Shown: positions 49,220 to 61,991 of the stretch, in pieces
Numbering within the stretch: position 1 is the stretch's first letter
Layout of the letters: every line of letters starts with the position of its first letter
Origin: Macrostomum lignano
Taxonomy: Eukaryota
Assembly (NCBI GenBank): GCA_002269645.1
Contig: NIVC01001628.1
Span: 88,499-152,498, forward strand
Reading direction: 5' to 3'
DNA length: 64,000 bases
Position numbers and translations under genes: made by a program
Notes under the pieces: model-generated
Told to the model about the DNA's origin: nothing
What the model saw: only the letters and a program-made list of their open reading frames with translations
Databases searched by the model: none

Positions 49220-52075
49220 TCAGACCCAGTCGCTTCGGCAGAACAGCAGCAGGTAGTGGCTCCGCCGGCCGTCCTCAAAGTGCGAGTTGAAGAACTTTTT
49301 GCGCAGGGTGAAGCCGCGAGTCTCCAGCAGGCCGCGCAGGCGGGGCAGCAGCGAGTCGAACAGCAGGATGTGCGACGGCCGCCGCTCGGTGTCCAGCAGG
49401 CGGGAGGCGAAGCCGGCGGGGTCGCTGTAGAAGGCCTCCTGCTCCTCGACGTAGCCCGGCTGGTCCCGCCAGTTGGGCGAGCAGTCCAGAGTCCGAGTGC
49501 TGACGTTGCTATGGAGATGGGAATAGAGCGGAGTGGAGTGACAGGGCGCCAGGAACAGAAAGTGCAGGTCGGGATCCAGGTGCGCGGGGACACCGGTCCT
49601 GGTGAGGCGCAGCTCCGCGTCCTTGCCCAGGTGGTTCACCGCGTCCAGAGGCCCGCGCTGGTGGATGAGGCAGAAGTACAAGGCGGCTGGGATGCCCAGG
49701 CAGCAAAGGCAGGCAACAGCGGCTTTGCGCAGGGCGGGGCCGAGCTCGCTGAGGCAGAGGCCGCACTGGTGCATCATCAGCGGCAGCAGCGGGAACACGA
49801 AGCGGAACTCCTTGTGGGCCAGGAAGCTGCGGGGTGGGGCGGAGCGTGGCTGTACAGGACATTGAAATCTGTACAAGATATTGAATCTGTACAAGATATT
49901 GAATCTGTACAATATATTCCAATATGTACAAGATATTGAATCTGTACAAGATATTCCAATATGTACAAGATATTGAATCTGTACAAGATATTGAATCTGT
50001 ACAAGATATTGAATCTGTACAAGATATTGAATCTGTACAAGATATTGAATCTGTACAAGATATTGAATCTGTCGAGACATAGAAATCTGTAACTGATATT
50101 GCAATATGTACAAGATATTGCAATGTGTACAAGATGTAGAATCTGTACAAAATTCAATTTTGTACAGAATGTTCTACAAAGAATTACACTCTGTACAAGA
50201 TATTAAAAACTGTACAAAATATCGATATTACAAGATATTACAAGATATTAGAAGCTGTAGATGTGGAATCTGTACAAGATTTTCCAAACTTTACAAGATA
50301 TTACGTCATTCAGCTGTACAATGTCATCTACAATATGCAAACAAACAGTAAACAGTGGGAATGTACAAAAGCACCAGCTGACCCACCTGTACACATACAG
50401 CGTCCAGATCACCAGCAGGGTCAGCGCGGTTTCTACACGCCGCCTCTGCCTCCAGCTCTGATAGCTGGCGTACAGGTACAGCGGCAGGTGCGGGCCCAGG
50501 ATGGCCGGTATTCCTGAAATTTCATTTGGTAATAAAATAATCATTCTTGCAAAACGCGCACCAGCTACTTTAAATTAAATCGAAAGTAGCTATCGAAAAC
50601 CAGCTACTTTCTCGATGAATTCCCATAAATCTCGATGATTTCCCATAAATCTTGATGATTTCCCATAAATCTTGATGATTTCCCATAAATCTTGATGATT
50701 TCCCATAAATCTTGATGATTTCCCATAAATCTTGATGATTTCCCATAAATCTTGATGATTTCCAATTAACCTCTATGATTTCTCATAAATCCTGGTGAGA
50801 TGCCAGGCCGCTCACCCTGCGTGATGTACCAGTGCCACGGGTGCACCCCATAGAACGAGCCGATGTCGCTGAGCAGATTGTAGTGCAGGAAGTTGAGCTG
50901 GGACAGGGTCCAGCGGCCATAGTAGTGTTTGTCAGCCAGGCCGCTCACCGCCAGCACCAGCAGGCCAGTGGCGCCATAGAGCGCCAACAGGCGCCCCAGT
51001 CGGCGCCGACTCCGCGCCGCGTGCCACAGGCAGAGCATCAACCAGGGCACCGCCGAGGTCGGCCGGAGTGCGCAAGCGGCGGCGACCGCCAGGGCGAATT
51101 TCCACTGGGCCTTGCGACTCTGCGCCTCGGGCCACGGGTAATAGTACAGGCCCACTGTGGTCAGCAGCCACTCCACGCAGTTCGACAGCGTCCGAGGCGC
51201 GGTGTACAGGGTGAACCAGTTCAGCAGCTGGCAGATCAGCGCCCACTGGGCAGCCCGCTGACCGGCCACTCGCCGGCTGAAGCGGTACAGGTAGAAATCC
51301 GCCACGGCGGCCAGGCAGGCCTGCAGCAGCCGCGGCAGCTTCGCCACGGCCAGCCGGCTGTCCGCTCCGGCCAGCTGCAGCAGCTTGAACAGCAGGGCGA
51401 AGGCGCCCGGGTACAGCGGGCTGCGCAGCCCCGCCTGCCACTCCCAGGTCAGGTGGCCGTAGCCAAAGGCCGACCTGCAGTTTGGGGGGGGGGTGCTCGA
51501 CACTGTCACTCTGGCAACCTGACATATTGTCATTCTGGCACACTGTCACTCTGACATACTGTCACTCTGGCACACTGTCACTCTGGCACACTGTCACTCT
51601 GGCACACTGTCACTCTGGCACACTGTCACTCTGGTTCACAGTCACTCTGGCACACTGTCACTCTGGAACACTGTCACTCTGGTTCACAGTCACTCTACCG
51701 CCCGCATACCAACCTGTGCGCCACCTCCACAGACTGCCAGAACTCGTCGGGCACAAAGTGCGTGTGCAGCAGCAGGGCGTTGGCGCAGCGGAACGCCACC
51801 AGCGACAGGAACAGGCCGCGCTCGGTCAGCAGCGACCGCCGCAGCGGCTCGGGCCCGACAGTCTCCGACGGCTCGATGGCTGCGTCCCGGTCCTCCTTAG
51901 TGGCCTCCGGGCCCCACCACAGCCGGCCGAGCAGAGACTCCCCGGCGCCGGCCTGCTGGCCGGATCGGCGCGAGCGCTGCGCCCGACTGGCGCGGCTGCG
52001 CACGTAGGCGCTGGCGTGGCTGCAGCGACCGGCGGAGGCGGCCGCGGACAGCGAATTGCCGCCGCCACCGCTCAT
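49220..52075 (-). CDS. PIGB: GPI mannosyltransferase 3 (PIG-B), 584 aa, 4 coding exons
   Basis: complement(join(49220..49826,50387..50513,50816..51474,51714..52075)) = 1755 nt. Motifs HFVPDEFWQSVEVAH, GYGHLTWEW..GLRS, RTLSNCVE, GSFYGVHPWHWYITQG, HKEFRF, PCHSTPLYSHLH and LDCSP. GT-AG introns in phase. Confidence 0.96.
49851..50330. repeat. 18-bp intronic minisatellite (GATATTGAATCTGTACAA)
   Basis: PIGB intron 3. Confidence 0.93.
50615..50790. repeat. 20-bp intronic minisatellite (TTTCCCATAAATCTTGATGA)
   Basis: PIGB intron 2. Confidence 0.94.
51500..51697. repeat. 16-bp intronic minisatellite (CACTGTCACTCTGGCA)
   Basis: PIGB intron 1. Confidence 0.94.
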
Positions 52076-52099
52076 GACCGGCCGGCTGGGCTGCAATGG

Positions 52100-52600
52100 T
52101 AGACAAGGTAGATAAATTGGTAGATATAGTAGACAGATTAGTAGATACGACAGATGAATTGGTAGATATGGTGGACGGATTAGTAGATATGGTGGATGAA
52201 TTGGTAGATATGGTAGACAGATTGCTAGAGATGGTGGACGGACTGGTAGATTTGCAGAATTTTGTGCAATAAGTGGTAGATAGATATAGTAGACAGATAA
52301 GTAGATACGACAGATGAATTGGTAGATATGGTGGACAGATTGGTAGATATGGTGGATGAATTGGTAGATATGGTGGATGAATTGGTAGATATGGTGGATG
52401 AATTGGTAGATATGGTGAATGAATTGGTAGATATGGTGGATGAATTGGTAGATATGGTGGATGAATTGGTAGATATAGTGGATGAATTGGTAGATATGGT
52501 GGATGAATTGGTAGATATGGTGGATGAATTGGTAGATATGGTAGACAGATTGCTAGAGATGGTGGACGGACTGGTAGATTTGCAGAATTTTCAGAATCTG
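52100..52600. repeat. 21-bp minisatellite (GGTAGATATGGTGGATGAATT)
   Basis: Immediately upstream of the PIGB 5' splice acceptor at 52091. Confidence 0.94.
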
Positions 52601-53152
52601 TAGATAGAAAAAGTAAAGTAGATAAATTAAATAGTAGGCAAAATAGTAGACAAAGTAGACAAAAATGGTAGACAGTTTATCTGTATGTATTACGCCAGAA
52701 CATGCCAGACAAATTCTGTTACAAGTGAAATCCCATATCCCAGCCCCGGCAACAGCAGGGAACGAGAGATGAACAAGCCGGGTGCAGCAGCCAAGTCCGG
52801 TCAGGGGCGCCCAGGACCTCTGCTGCTGCACGATTTCGGATTGGAAAGACATTCACAAAAAATTATTGAAAAATTGAAATAAAACTCAGAAAATGACGGC
52901 CTCAGATCTGAAAATGAGCCTGGAGAGCCATCGGGTCTGGATAAAACGGGCGCAATGCCAAGCTCTACTAATACATAAAATATCTTCTCGATGGTAAAAA
53001 TGGGTCAGGGACTCTGCAAAGGAATTTAAGAAGCTCAGGGTGCGTCTTTTGCTGTCGCTATGCGGGCAGCAGACCAAAAATCGATATAAATTTAGTCACG
53101 AACTCAAAGCTCGCAGAGCTCATAGAATTGTTAGTCTTGCGCAATTGGCGGT

Positions 53153-56100
53153 TCACAGGTGGGCGGCGGCAGGCGGCAGCGGCCAGCAGATTTTCTCGCC
53201 AACTTTGATGGTGCGGAACTCCGCCACGTTCTGCCGCCTCTGCCTCGCCTCCTCCATGGCTTCGCGAAGGTCCTCTGGCGGCTGCAGCAGGCCCTGGGGG
53301 TGTGGGTTGGACACTTCCTATGGTGCAGTTATGGCAGAGCATCCTATACCCTAGTAACCCCGAACCCAAGCAACCCCACATCCTAGCAGACCCACACCCC
53401 GACAACCCCACACCCTAGCAACTCCACACACTAGCAACACCACACCCTAGCAACCCCACACCCTAGCAACCCAACACCCTGCAACCCCACACCCTGGCAA
53501 CCCCACACCCTAGCAACCCAACACCCTAGCAACCCAACACCCTGGCAACCCCACACCCTAGCAACCCCACACCCTAGCAATCCAACACCCTAGCAACCCA
53601 ACACCCTAGCAACCCAACACCCTAGCAATCCAACACCCTAGCAACCCAACACCCTAGCAACCCCACACCCTAGCAACCCGACACTCTAGCAATCCAACAC
53701 ACTAACAAACCCACACCCTAGCAACCCCACACCCTAGCAACCCCACACCCTAGCAGCCCCACACCCTAGCAACCCCACACCCTAGCAACTCCACACCCTA
53801 GCAACCCCACACCCTAGCAACCCCACACCCTAGCAACCCCACACCCTAGCAACCCCACACCCTAGCAGCCCCACACCCTAGCAACCCCACACCCTAGCAA
53901 CTCCACACACTAGCAACACCACACCCTAGCAACCCCACACCCTAGCAACCCAACACCCTGCAACCCCACACCCTGGCAACCCCACACCCTAGCAACCCAA
54001 CACCCTAGCAACCCAACACACTAACAAACCAACACCCTAGCAACTCCACACCCTAGCAACTCGACACCCTAGCAACCCCACACCCTAGCAACCCCACACC
54101 CTAGCAACCCCACACCCTAGCAACCCCACACCCTAGCAACCCCACACCCTAGCAACCCTACACCCTAGCAACCCCACACCCTAGCAACCCAACACCTCGA
54201 CAACCCCACACCCTGTCAACCCCACACCCTAGCAACCCAACACACTAACAAACCAACACCCTAGCAACCCCACACCCTGGCAACCCCACACCCTAGCAAC
54301 CCCACACCCTAGCAACCCCACACCCTAGCAACCCCACACCCTAGCAGCCCCACACCCTAGCAACCCCACACCCTAGCAACTCCACACACTAGCAACACCA
54401 CACCCTAGCAACCCCACACCCTAGCAACCCCACACCCTAGCTACCCCACACCCTAGCAACCCCACACCCTAGCAGCCCCACACCCTAGCAACCCCACACC
54501 CTGCAACCCCACACCCTGGCAACCCCACACCCTAGCAACCCAACACCCTAGCAACCCAACACACTAACAAACCAACACCCTAGCAACTCCACACCCTAGC
54601 AACTCCACACCCTAGCAACCGCACACCCTAGCAACCCCACACCCTAGCAACCCCACACACTAACAAACCAACACCCTAGCAACCCCACATCCTGGCAAAC
54701 ACACACTTTGGCAACCCCACACCCTAGCAGCTCACAAGTGCGCAATGCCGCTCACCTCTCGAGTTGTCATCCTGAAGGCGCCCCAGTGGATGCCCACAGA
54801 CAGTTTGCTGCGGACCTCCTGGTGGATGATCACCGCCTCACTGGGACACGCGTGCTGCACTGAGAAAACTTCTCTGTAGAAAGAGATTAATGGCAGAAAA
54901 ATGAGCTGTGTCAATGGAATTACAGCACACCGAGAGAACCCGGTTGTCACTCACCGGGGCTCATAGCAGCCAATTGGAATGGCGGACAGGCTGAAAGGCC
55001 CGAAATTCTGGCCTAAAAAGGTCAAATCGATCAGCTGCTCTGATTCACTTTAATAACCATCTAAATTGCCTTCTATTCAGAATTGAATAAATATCAAATA
55101 TGAAATCCGCTCAGTCCTTAGCAACCGCACGCACACAGGGAGTACATCTGCCTGACATTCTCACCGTCAAGCTGCAGTGAGCACGTCAATCTGTGCACCA
55201 GGGGATCCAACTTCAAGAGCACAAATCGCACGAGTCGCAGGCCAACTTCCCTACACAAGCAACTCCACACACTGGCAACACCACACACTAGCAACCCCAC
55301 ACCCTAGCAACCCCACACACTAGCAACGCCACACCCTAGCAACGCCACACCCTAGCAACGCCACACCCTAGCAACCCCACACACTAGCAACCCCACTCCT
55401 AGAAACCCCACACACTAGCAACACCACACCCTGGCAACCCCACACCCTGGCAACCCCACACCCTAGAAACTCCACACACTAGCAACCCCACACCCTAGAA
55501 ACCCCACACACTAGAAACCCCACACCCTAAAAACCCCACACACTAGCAACGCCACACCCTAGCAACGCCACACCCTAGCAACCCCACACCTTAGCAACCC
55601 CACACATTAGAAACCCCACTCCTAGAAACCCCACACCCTAGAAACCCCACACACTAGAAACCCCAACACCCTAGCAACCCCACACACTAGCAATCCCACA
55701 CCCTAGAAACCCCACACACTAGCAATCCCACACACTAGCAACCCCACACACTAGCAACTCCACACACTAGCAACCCCACTCCTAGAAACCCCACACACTA
55801 GCAACCCCACACACTAGCAACCCCACACACTAGAAACCCCACACCCTAGAAACCCCACACCCTAGAAACCCCACACACTAGCAACGCCACACCCTAGCAA
55901 CGCCACACCCTAGCAACCCCACACACTAGCAACTCCACACACTAGCAACCCCACTCCTAGAAACCCCACACACTAGCAACCACACACTCTAGCAACCCTA
56001 CACCCTAGAAACCCCACACACTAGCAACCCCACAACCTAGAACCCCACACACTAGAAACCCACACACTAAAAACCCCACACCCTAGAAACCCCACACCCT

Positions 56101-57291
56101 AGAAACCCCACACCTTAGATTGGCCTAGAAAACCCCACACCCGAGAAACCCCACACACTAGAAACCCCACACCCAAGAAACCCCACACCTTAGAAACCCC
56201 ACACCCAAGAAACCCCACACCCTAGAAACCCCACACCCTAAAAACCCCAAACCCTAGAAACCCCACACCCTAGAAACCCCACACCCTAGAAACCCCACAC
56301 CCTAGAAAACCCACACACTAGAAACCCCACACCCTAGAAACCCCACACACTGGAAACCCTACACCCTAGAAACCCCACACACTAGCAACCACACACAAAA
56401 CCGGGCCAAATTGTGCTCAGGCCCCAGGTTAACGCGACTCAGGGCTCCGCAAGTCTCACCCCAGAGGCTTGAATTTCTTAGGCAATTTTTCTATAATTCT
56501 GACAGCAAAGTTCTCAGATCCAGCAGCTCACCGATGTCCTTGAAAATCCTGTCCTGATAGCCGGTGTCGCCAGCAAAGAACGCACTGTGCTGTCCGAACT
56601 GCAGCACGAAGCTGCCCCACAGACTGCAGTTTCTGTCCATGGCCCCGCGCCCACTCCAGTGACTGGCGGGCGTGAAAGTCACGCTGAGACCTTTGACAGT
56701 CTCCTCAGCTGCCTGCCACCACTTCAGTTCCTGGATATCTTTAAAGCCAAACTTTTGCATAATCATCCTGTCTCCAGCCGGCACAAAACATTGAATGTTT
56801 GGCATCTTTTTTGCCAGCTCCTTCAGGGTTTTCTCGTCCATGTGGTCCATGTGGTTGTGGCTGATGCACAGTGCGTGAATCTCGGGGAGGTCGCCCACCT
56901 GGCAGGCGGACGGGATGTGCCTGCTGGACCCGGTGAACCTTGTTGGCCCAATGAAGTTGCTGAAGTTCGGATCGCACAGAACTCGCACTGTGCTGTTGTC
57001 CCCTGCAGGGCTGTCACCATAGAAGGTGAAGAGGCAGGAGGCGTGGCCCAGCCAGGTGAGCCACACTGTGTTCGGTTCGAAAGTGGGGAACTCGCACCCG
57101 TTTTTCACCTGATGCTCAGAGAATTCTGTGGGCGCTCCGTGTCTCTTGAATGGGTTGGAGGCTACAAATAAAGAGTAGCCAAGAACACTAGGCAGCTGGA
57201 AATCCCAGGGACAGCTGTAGGTCACACCATTGCCAAACTTCCAAGGTGTCTCCTTTGCATGCAGCAGACCATCATTCTCTGCAGATGCCAT
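53153..57291 (-). CDS. NAPEPLD: N-acyl-phosphatidylethanolamine phospholipase D (metallo-beta-lactamase fold), 358 aa, 4 exons
   Basis: complement(join(53153..53293,54756..54873,54955..55012,56532..57291)) = 1077 nt. Motifs TWLGHAS, LCDPNFS, ISHNHMDH (HxHxDH), PASHWSGR..LWGSF, FFAGDTGY, GPFSLSAIPIGCYEP, HACPSEAV.IH, GIHWGAF and QPPEDLREA. Confidence 0.95.
53350..54730. repeat. 16-bp intronic minisatellite (ACCCCACACCCTAGCA), about 85 copies
   Basis: NAPEPLD intron 3. Confidence 0.97.
55255..56397. repeat. 16-bp intronic minisatellite, same family as 53350-54730, drifting to ACCCCACACCCTAGAA
   Basis: NAPEPLD intron 1. Confidence 0.97.
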
Positions 57292-60200
57292 TTCCAAAGC
57301 AGAAGTGCCAAGCAATAAAAATTATCAAACAGTATATACTATAGATTCATGTTTGTGGCAAATTTTATTTTAAATTTTATTCACTAATTCCCTACAAAAT
57401 AATATAATTCCTAAATATAGTCACAATTGTCCTTTAGATCATTTAATATTCTATATGGCAAATAATATTCCTATTCCCTATTGGAATAAATGTTAAAAAC
57501 CCACGGATGCGCACTTTAGAAAAGAGTCAAACTATTTTACTGCGCTTTAAGATTATAAGAGATGTTCCAAAAGATCTGCAGTTTCATCAAAATCAAAATT
57601 CACAAACTTTCCAAAATCAAAATTGAAATTTCCCAAAATCATAATTCAGAAAAACAAAGTTTAGTATGATCAACACTCACTTTTTTACTTTCAATTTACT
57701 GCTTAAGCAAAAAGTAATACATGTATATGTAGTAGAAAGTAGTTGATTTTTAGCAACTTTTTAGACACTACCAAAATTTTCACTTCTAATTTTTTTTCAA
57801 AATTGAAATTTGCTCTAAAAAATTCAAATTTTGGAAAATTGAAATTGAATTTTCGGAATATCTCTAAGCTTAATAAATTACAAGTGTATAAGCCCCTTCA
57901 ACAGAGGTATTATACCCATTTCCATGTATATGTATTTGCTAGAGCAGCAGCCAGTAAGAAAGGGCAGCGCGCGCACAGGGGCTGTGCCTGTGCACACGCT
58001 GCGCTTTAGAAAAATTTCAAAAGTGCGCCGGACACCATCCATGGTTTTACAACTTTTTCTTATAGGGTTCCCATTGACTCAAAGATTTTCCTATTTAGTC
58101 AACAGGGGCTTAGCCAGGGGGGACATTAGGGACATGTCCCCCCTAGAAGAATTTTTATTACCTTTGTATTTTGCTTTTATCCTTAACATTGGAGATTGTT
58201 TGAGGTCATTTGCCCCCCCCCTGACATGAATCCTAGCTACATGCCTATTAGTCAATAAGTATATTTCATTTTGTCTAAAGTCTCCTGCCTTATCAATACT
58301 TTTACACATAGGAAGTATCCCCTACAATGTCAAGGAATCCCCAAAATATTCAAGAAATATATGCAATAGTTTATAAATCCTTTAAATAGTTGATAAAGTA
58401 AGATGCTTACAAGGTCTTTAACAGTTGCTACCTTAGCAAAATTGCCTCTGTAAGCCTTGACATCTAAGCAATTCCCCGAATAAGCCTTGCTATCTTAGTA
58501 ATTCCCCCCTCAAAGCCATACTCTAGATCATATAGTATATACCCAGAAAATTGGGCATGCATTGGCCTTGCACTCCAAAAGCAAAAAGGTCATTTATTGT
58601 TGCAATACTGGCATAGATTTGAGAGTATGGGTATGCACCTAAATTTTTTATGGCGTACATTTGTAACCTTGCAATTTTTTGTTTGGGTATGCACCTAGTG
58701 TGATTTGGACTATGGCCTCAGAGTTGATCTTTAGCAATTCTCCCAATAAGTCTTAACATCTTAGCAATCTCCTATGCAAGCTTGAATGATGCAAGTTTGA
58801 GAAAAATCAGTTGAATAAATTCTTTTAAAATGGATTACATACAGAGAAACTTTTGGGATTTAGTTATATTTATATTTATATAGATCGATTTTTTAGACTT
58901 TAATACTTAATAGCTACTAATAATATATAGCAATAGGCCCTAGATATCTTAGATCATATTATATCATCTAAAACAAAAACCTCTCATACCAAAAACAGTT
59001 TTGATTGTATAGCCTGCACAACAAACATAATTTATAATTTATTAGATTTTTATCGAGATTTTGACCATATCCCATTTAAAGATTTACAATATAGGCCTAG
59101 TCAATATTTTATCATTAATTAGGCCTAATTTCATTTAGACTAAGAAATGATATTGATAGGCATCCAATTTCCAGTTAGGCTCATTATTAAAATTTGAGAG
59201 ACATTCCAGTTCTTTTTACATTCGGAAATAAAATACTCGATGATTAAATACTGATTATAATTTATAAATTAAATTATATAGGGGCCAATTTAGTTATTTC
59301 CACTTTCAGAGAAGAAACTCTACTACTATCCAATAACTAAACTAAAATATTTTGCTTGAATTGGTAAAAAAACAATGCAGAATAAAGAATCGGTGAACAC
59401 AAAGTAGGAATTTATTAAACGGAGAACTTCCTTTTTGCGAATGCAACTTTCTAACTTAGTTCCTTTTAACTAAATTATCTCAAGTTCGAAGAAAAAATTC
59501 TTTTAATTCTGCGCTGCTGACAGTATCATGTTAACGTAAATTACGAAAAAAGTTTTACACAAAAAAGGGTTTTTGGTTAGGATTCTCGCTTTATTGAACA
59601 ACTTGAATATAGACTTAAACTTAAAGAGAACAAAAACGATTGGTACATTTATTAATTTAAAGTGGGTTTTTTATTATTATTTGACTGCAATAATTACCAA
59701 GACCGATTTCAGACTCCACACTAGAATATATATATATATTTATGCATTTATAATTATCAGGTATTGTAGCTCACAAAGAGACGTTGAAGATTAGCATAAA
59801 AGACTAGAATATATATGCTTAAATTTTTCGCCGGTGCATTACGATGCATTAGCCATCCTTCAGGCTAACAGTCTATTTAAAAAACGATCAGAATTCAGAC
59901 ATGATATTTCATATCCAACCTTTCGGAATATTTGGTTATGCTCCGGAATATTCGGAGCGTTGGGGTCTGAGGACAAAGCTATATATGCTTTAATCCCTTA
60001 CTGAGGTGTCTTATGGTCTCCTGGCCAGTGTACATGGCTGCTAAAAATAAACATAACGTAAGGAACGCGTGCAGAAATGACGCTAGAAAATAAAGAAGCG
60101 GAGGCATGAGTGAATTCAGATAGGTCACCCCCGCGGAGTCTGGTAGGCAAGAATTTAAAACAAACTATTGCACAACAAAAACTAATAGCGTGCAAATTTA

Positions 60201-61399
60201 GTGTGCGTGTAGAAAAACGAAGAAATTAAGTGCATGATGCGGCTTGGTTGTGATCACGCATATATATATATATATATGCGTACATACATGTACGTGTCTA
60301 CCAGGTTGTTTCGTGAACATTATTATGGTTGTGGGGATTTTGTAGTCTTTTTGTGAGTACCTTAAAGCAGTTCTGCACGAGCGGAGGGTGCTGGGGAAAG
60401 AGATGGCGGAGGGAGCCGCACTGGAACAACGGCCGCGTCCCTCAGCTTGACACCTGAGCCAGCCCCGACAGGGGAGCCGTATAAATGATCTAAATTAAGT
60501 AGCGAGGCTCTACAGCGCTCAGATTGAATTCAGCCGCCAGAAAATTCTTTCAGCATAACATCGGCAGCCTTCTTAGCCACCGCCACCACCAGCTCGTGCG
60601 GTCCACAGTCGGGCACCGACGGCAGGACGCTGGCGTCGACAATTCGCAGTCCTTGAATGCCCGGTGGGCTGAAAAATCGGTGATAGGCTTCTATAATTAA
60701 ACACCCAAGAATTTACACATGCGAAATTCGCTAAGAAAACGTATAGTCCCAGTCTTCAAGAGTCGTTTGCTAAAATCAAATTGGTGCGAAAATCTATTTT
60801 TAGTGACTAGAGTGAAACGTCTGTGGTTTGAAAAGCTGAGAAAATTAATGGCGTTTCATCCTTTTCTATTAGGGCAGTTGGGCCCTGCGATTCCCGGAGT
60901 TCAGCATTTTTCTGGTTGCATGACGCTGGCCCTTCATTCTTCAATACACGTATCTCACACTTAGCCGCGCTCATGGCATGGACTACTCAAAGTAGATTAG
61001 TTCAATTTGAGTAGCCCTTGACTCATGGATTAAAAAATCTTAGGACTGCAGATATCAGCATCCTCTATAAGTTTTGGCTTTGAGCGACACTCAGTGAGCT
61101 AAGCATTCTAGCGATTCTCCCCATGAGTTTTTTATAGTTGACAGGTCCGATATTATATCGTTGAATGGGAATCCTAAACCTAACACTATTTGGCCTGACT
61201 TCAGCTCAAGCTTCAAATTCTCACCACAAATTACTTTTTTACTCGCAACACAGGCTTCGAAACACTGACGACCTGACCAACAGAAAATACAATTTCTTTG
61301 AGCTTAGTAGCGAGCCGCGAGACTTGAGCTCTACAGCCTACAGGCTTCCACAACGAATTTCTCACAATCAGCTCCGGCGCCATGGAGCTGTAGAATCAG

Positions 61400-61720
61400 C
61401 GAGCCCGGGGAAAGAAGATCACCCCTCCAATCAGACCGTCAAGCGGCTATCAACACCCTGAGCGCAGAATCACCCGCTCGCGTGCATGTACAGTCCTCGG
61501 CTGCATCGCCCCCAACAATGTGTCCAACAAAGTGAAGGGATCCATGGGCACTCGGGCCATCCGGGGTTGAGAATTCGGAGCGCTTCATCCGTGAATGCCC
61601 CGCCTTTACTCAAGACAGGCTCACCTACCTCGGCCCAAACCCGGACCTCTCCGACGTTTTCAGGCCCGAGAATCTCTGCCAGCTCGTCCGCTACCTAAGG
61701 GCTACTGGCGAGCGACAGTC
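61400..61720 (+). mobile_element. Degraded 3' end of a non-LTR retrotransposon ORF2 (R1/LOA/I-like) in the GMC intron
   Basis: The frame starting at 61569 reads ENSERFIRECPAFTQDRLTYLG..DVF..LCQLVRYLRATG, resembling the C-terminal E(T)xxHxxxxCPxxxxxRxxxLG..LLxFLxxTG of these LINEs. Upstream frames are broken. Confidence 0.5.
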
Positions 61721-61991
61721 CACCTCCTGGACTCTCCCTGCACGACACCGCAAGCACCAGCTGCCCGTGGTTGCCAGGGGTTAGCGGAATGGGTGGGGAC
61801 GCCTCCGCGCTGTATCCGCATGCCCGGAACCTCTGCAGTTGAGATAAGTACGTCAAGAGCTGAGAGACACGTCGCCCACCATTTGATGGCGAGCAACGTA
61901 GCGTTTGATTTGGAACCGGCGCAACTGACAATGTCATTCATTCGCCTTCAGCGTTGCTCATGGCTTCGGCTATGGTTACAAGTATAAGGAT

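Noticed and set aside
49220-57291. Functional lipid-metabolism gene cluster (ZDHHC, PIGB, NAPEPLD)
   Set aside because: The enzymes act in unrelated pathways and adjacency alone is not evidence. Only the NAPEPLD-PIGB spacing was kept as a hypothesis.
58100-58245. Small CAGGGGCTTAGCC..GGCTACATGCCT MITE
   Set aside because: The termini are only loosely inverted and no TSD could be identified, so it was not called.
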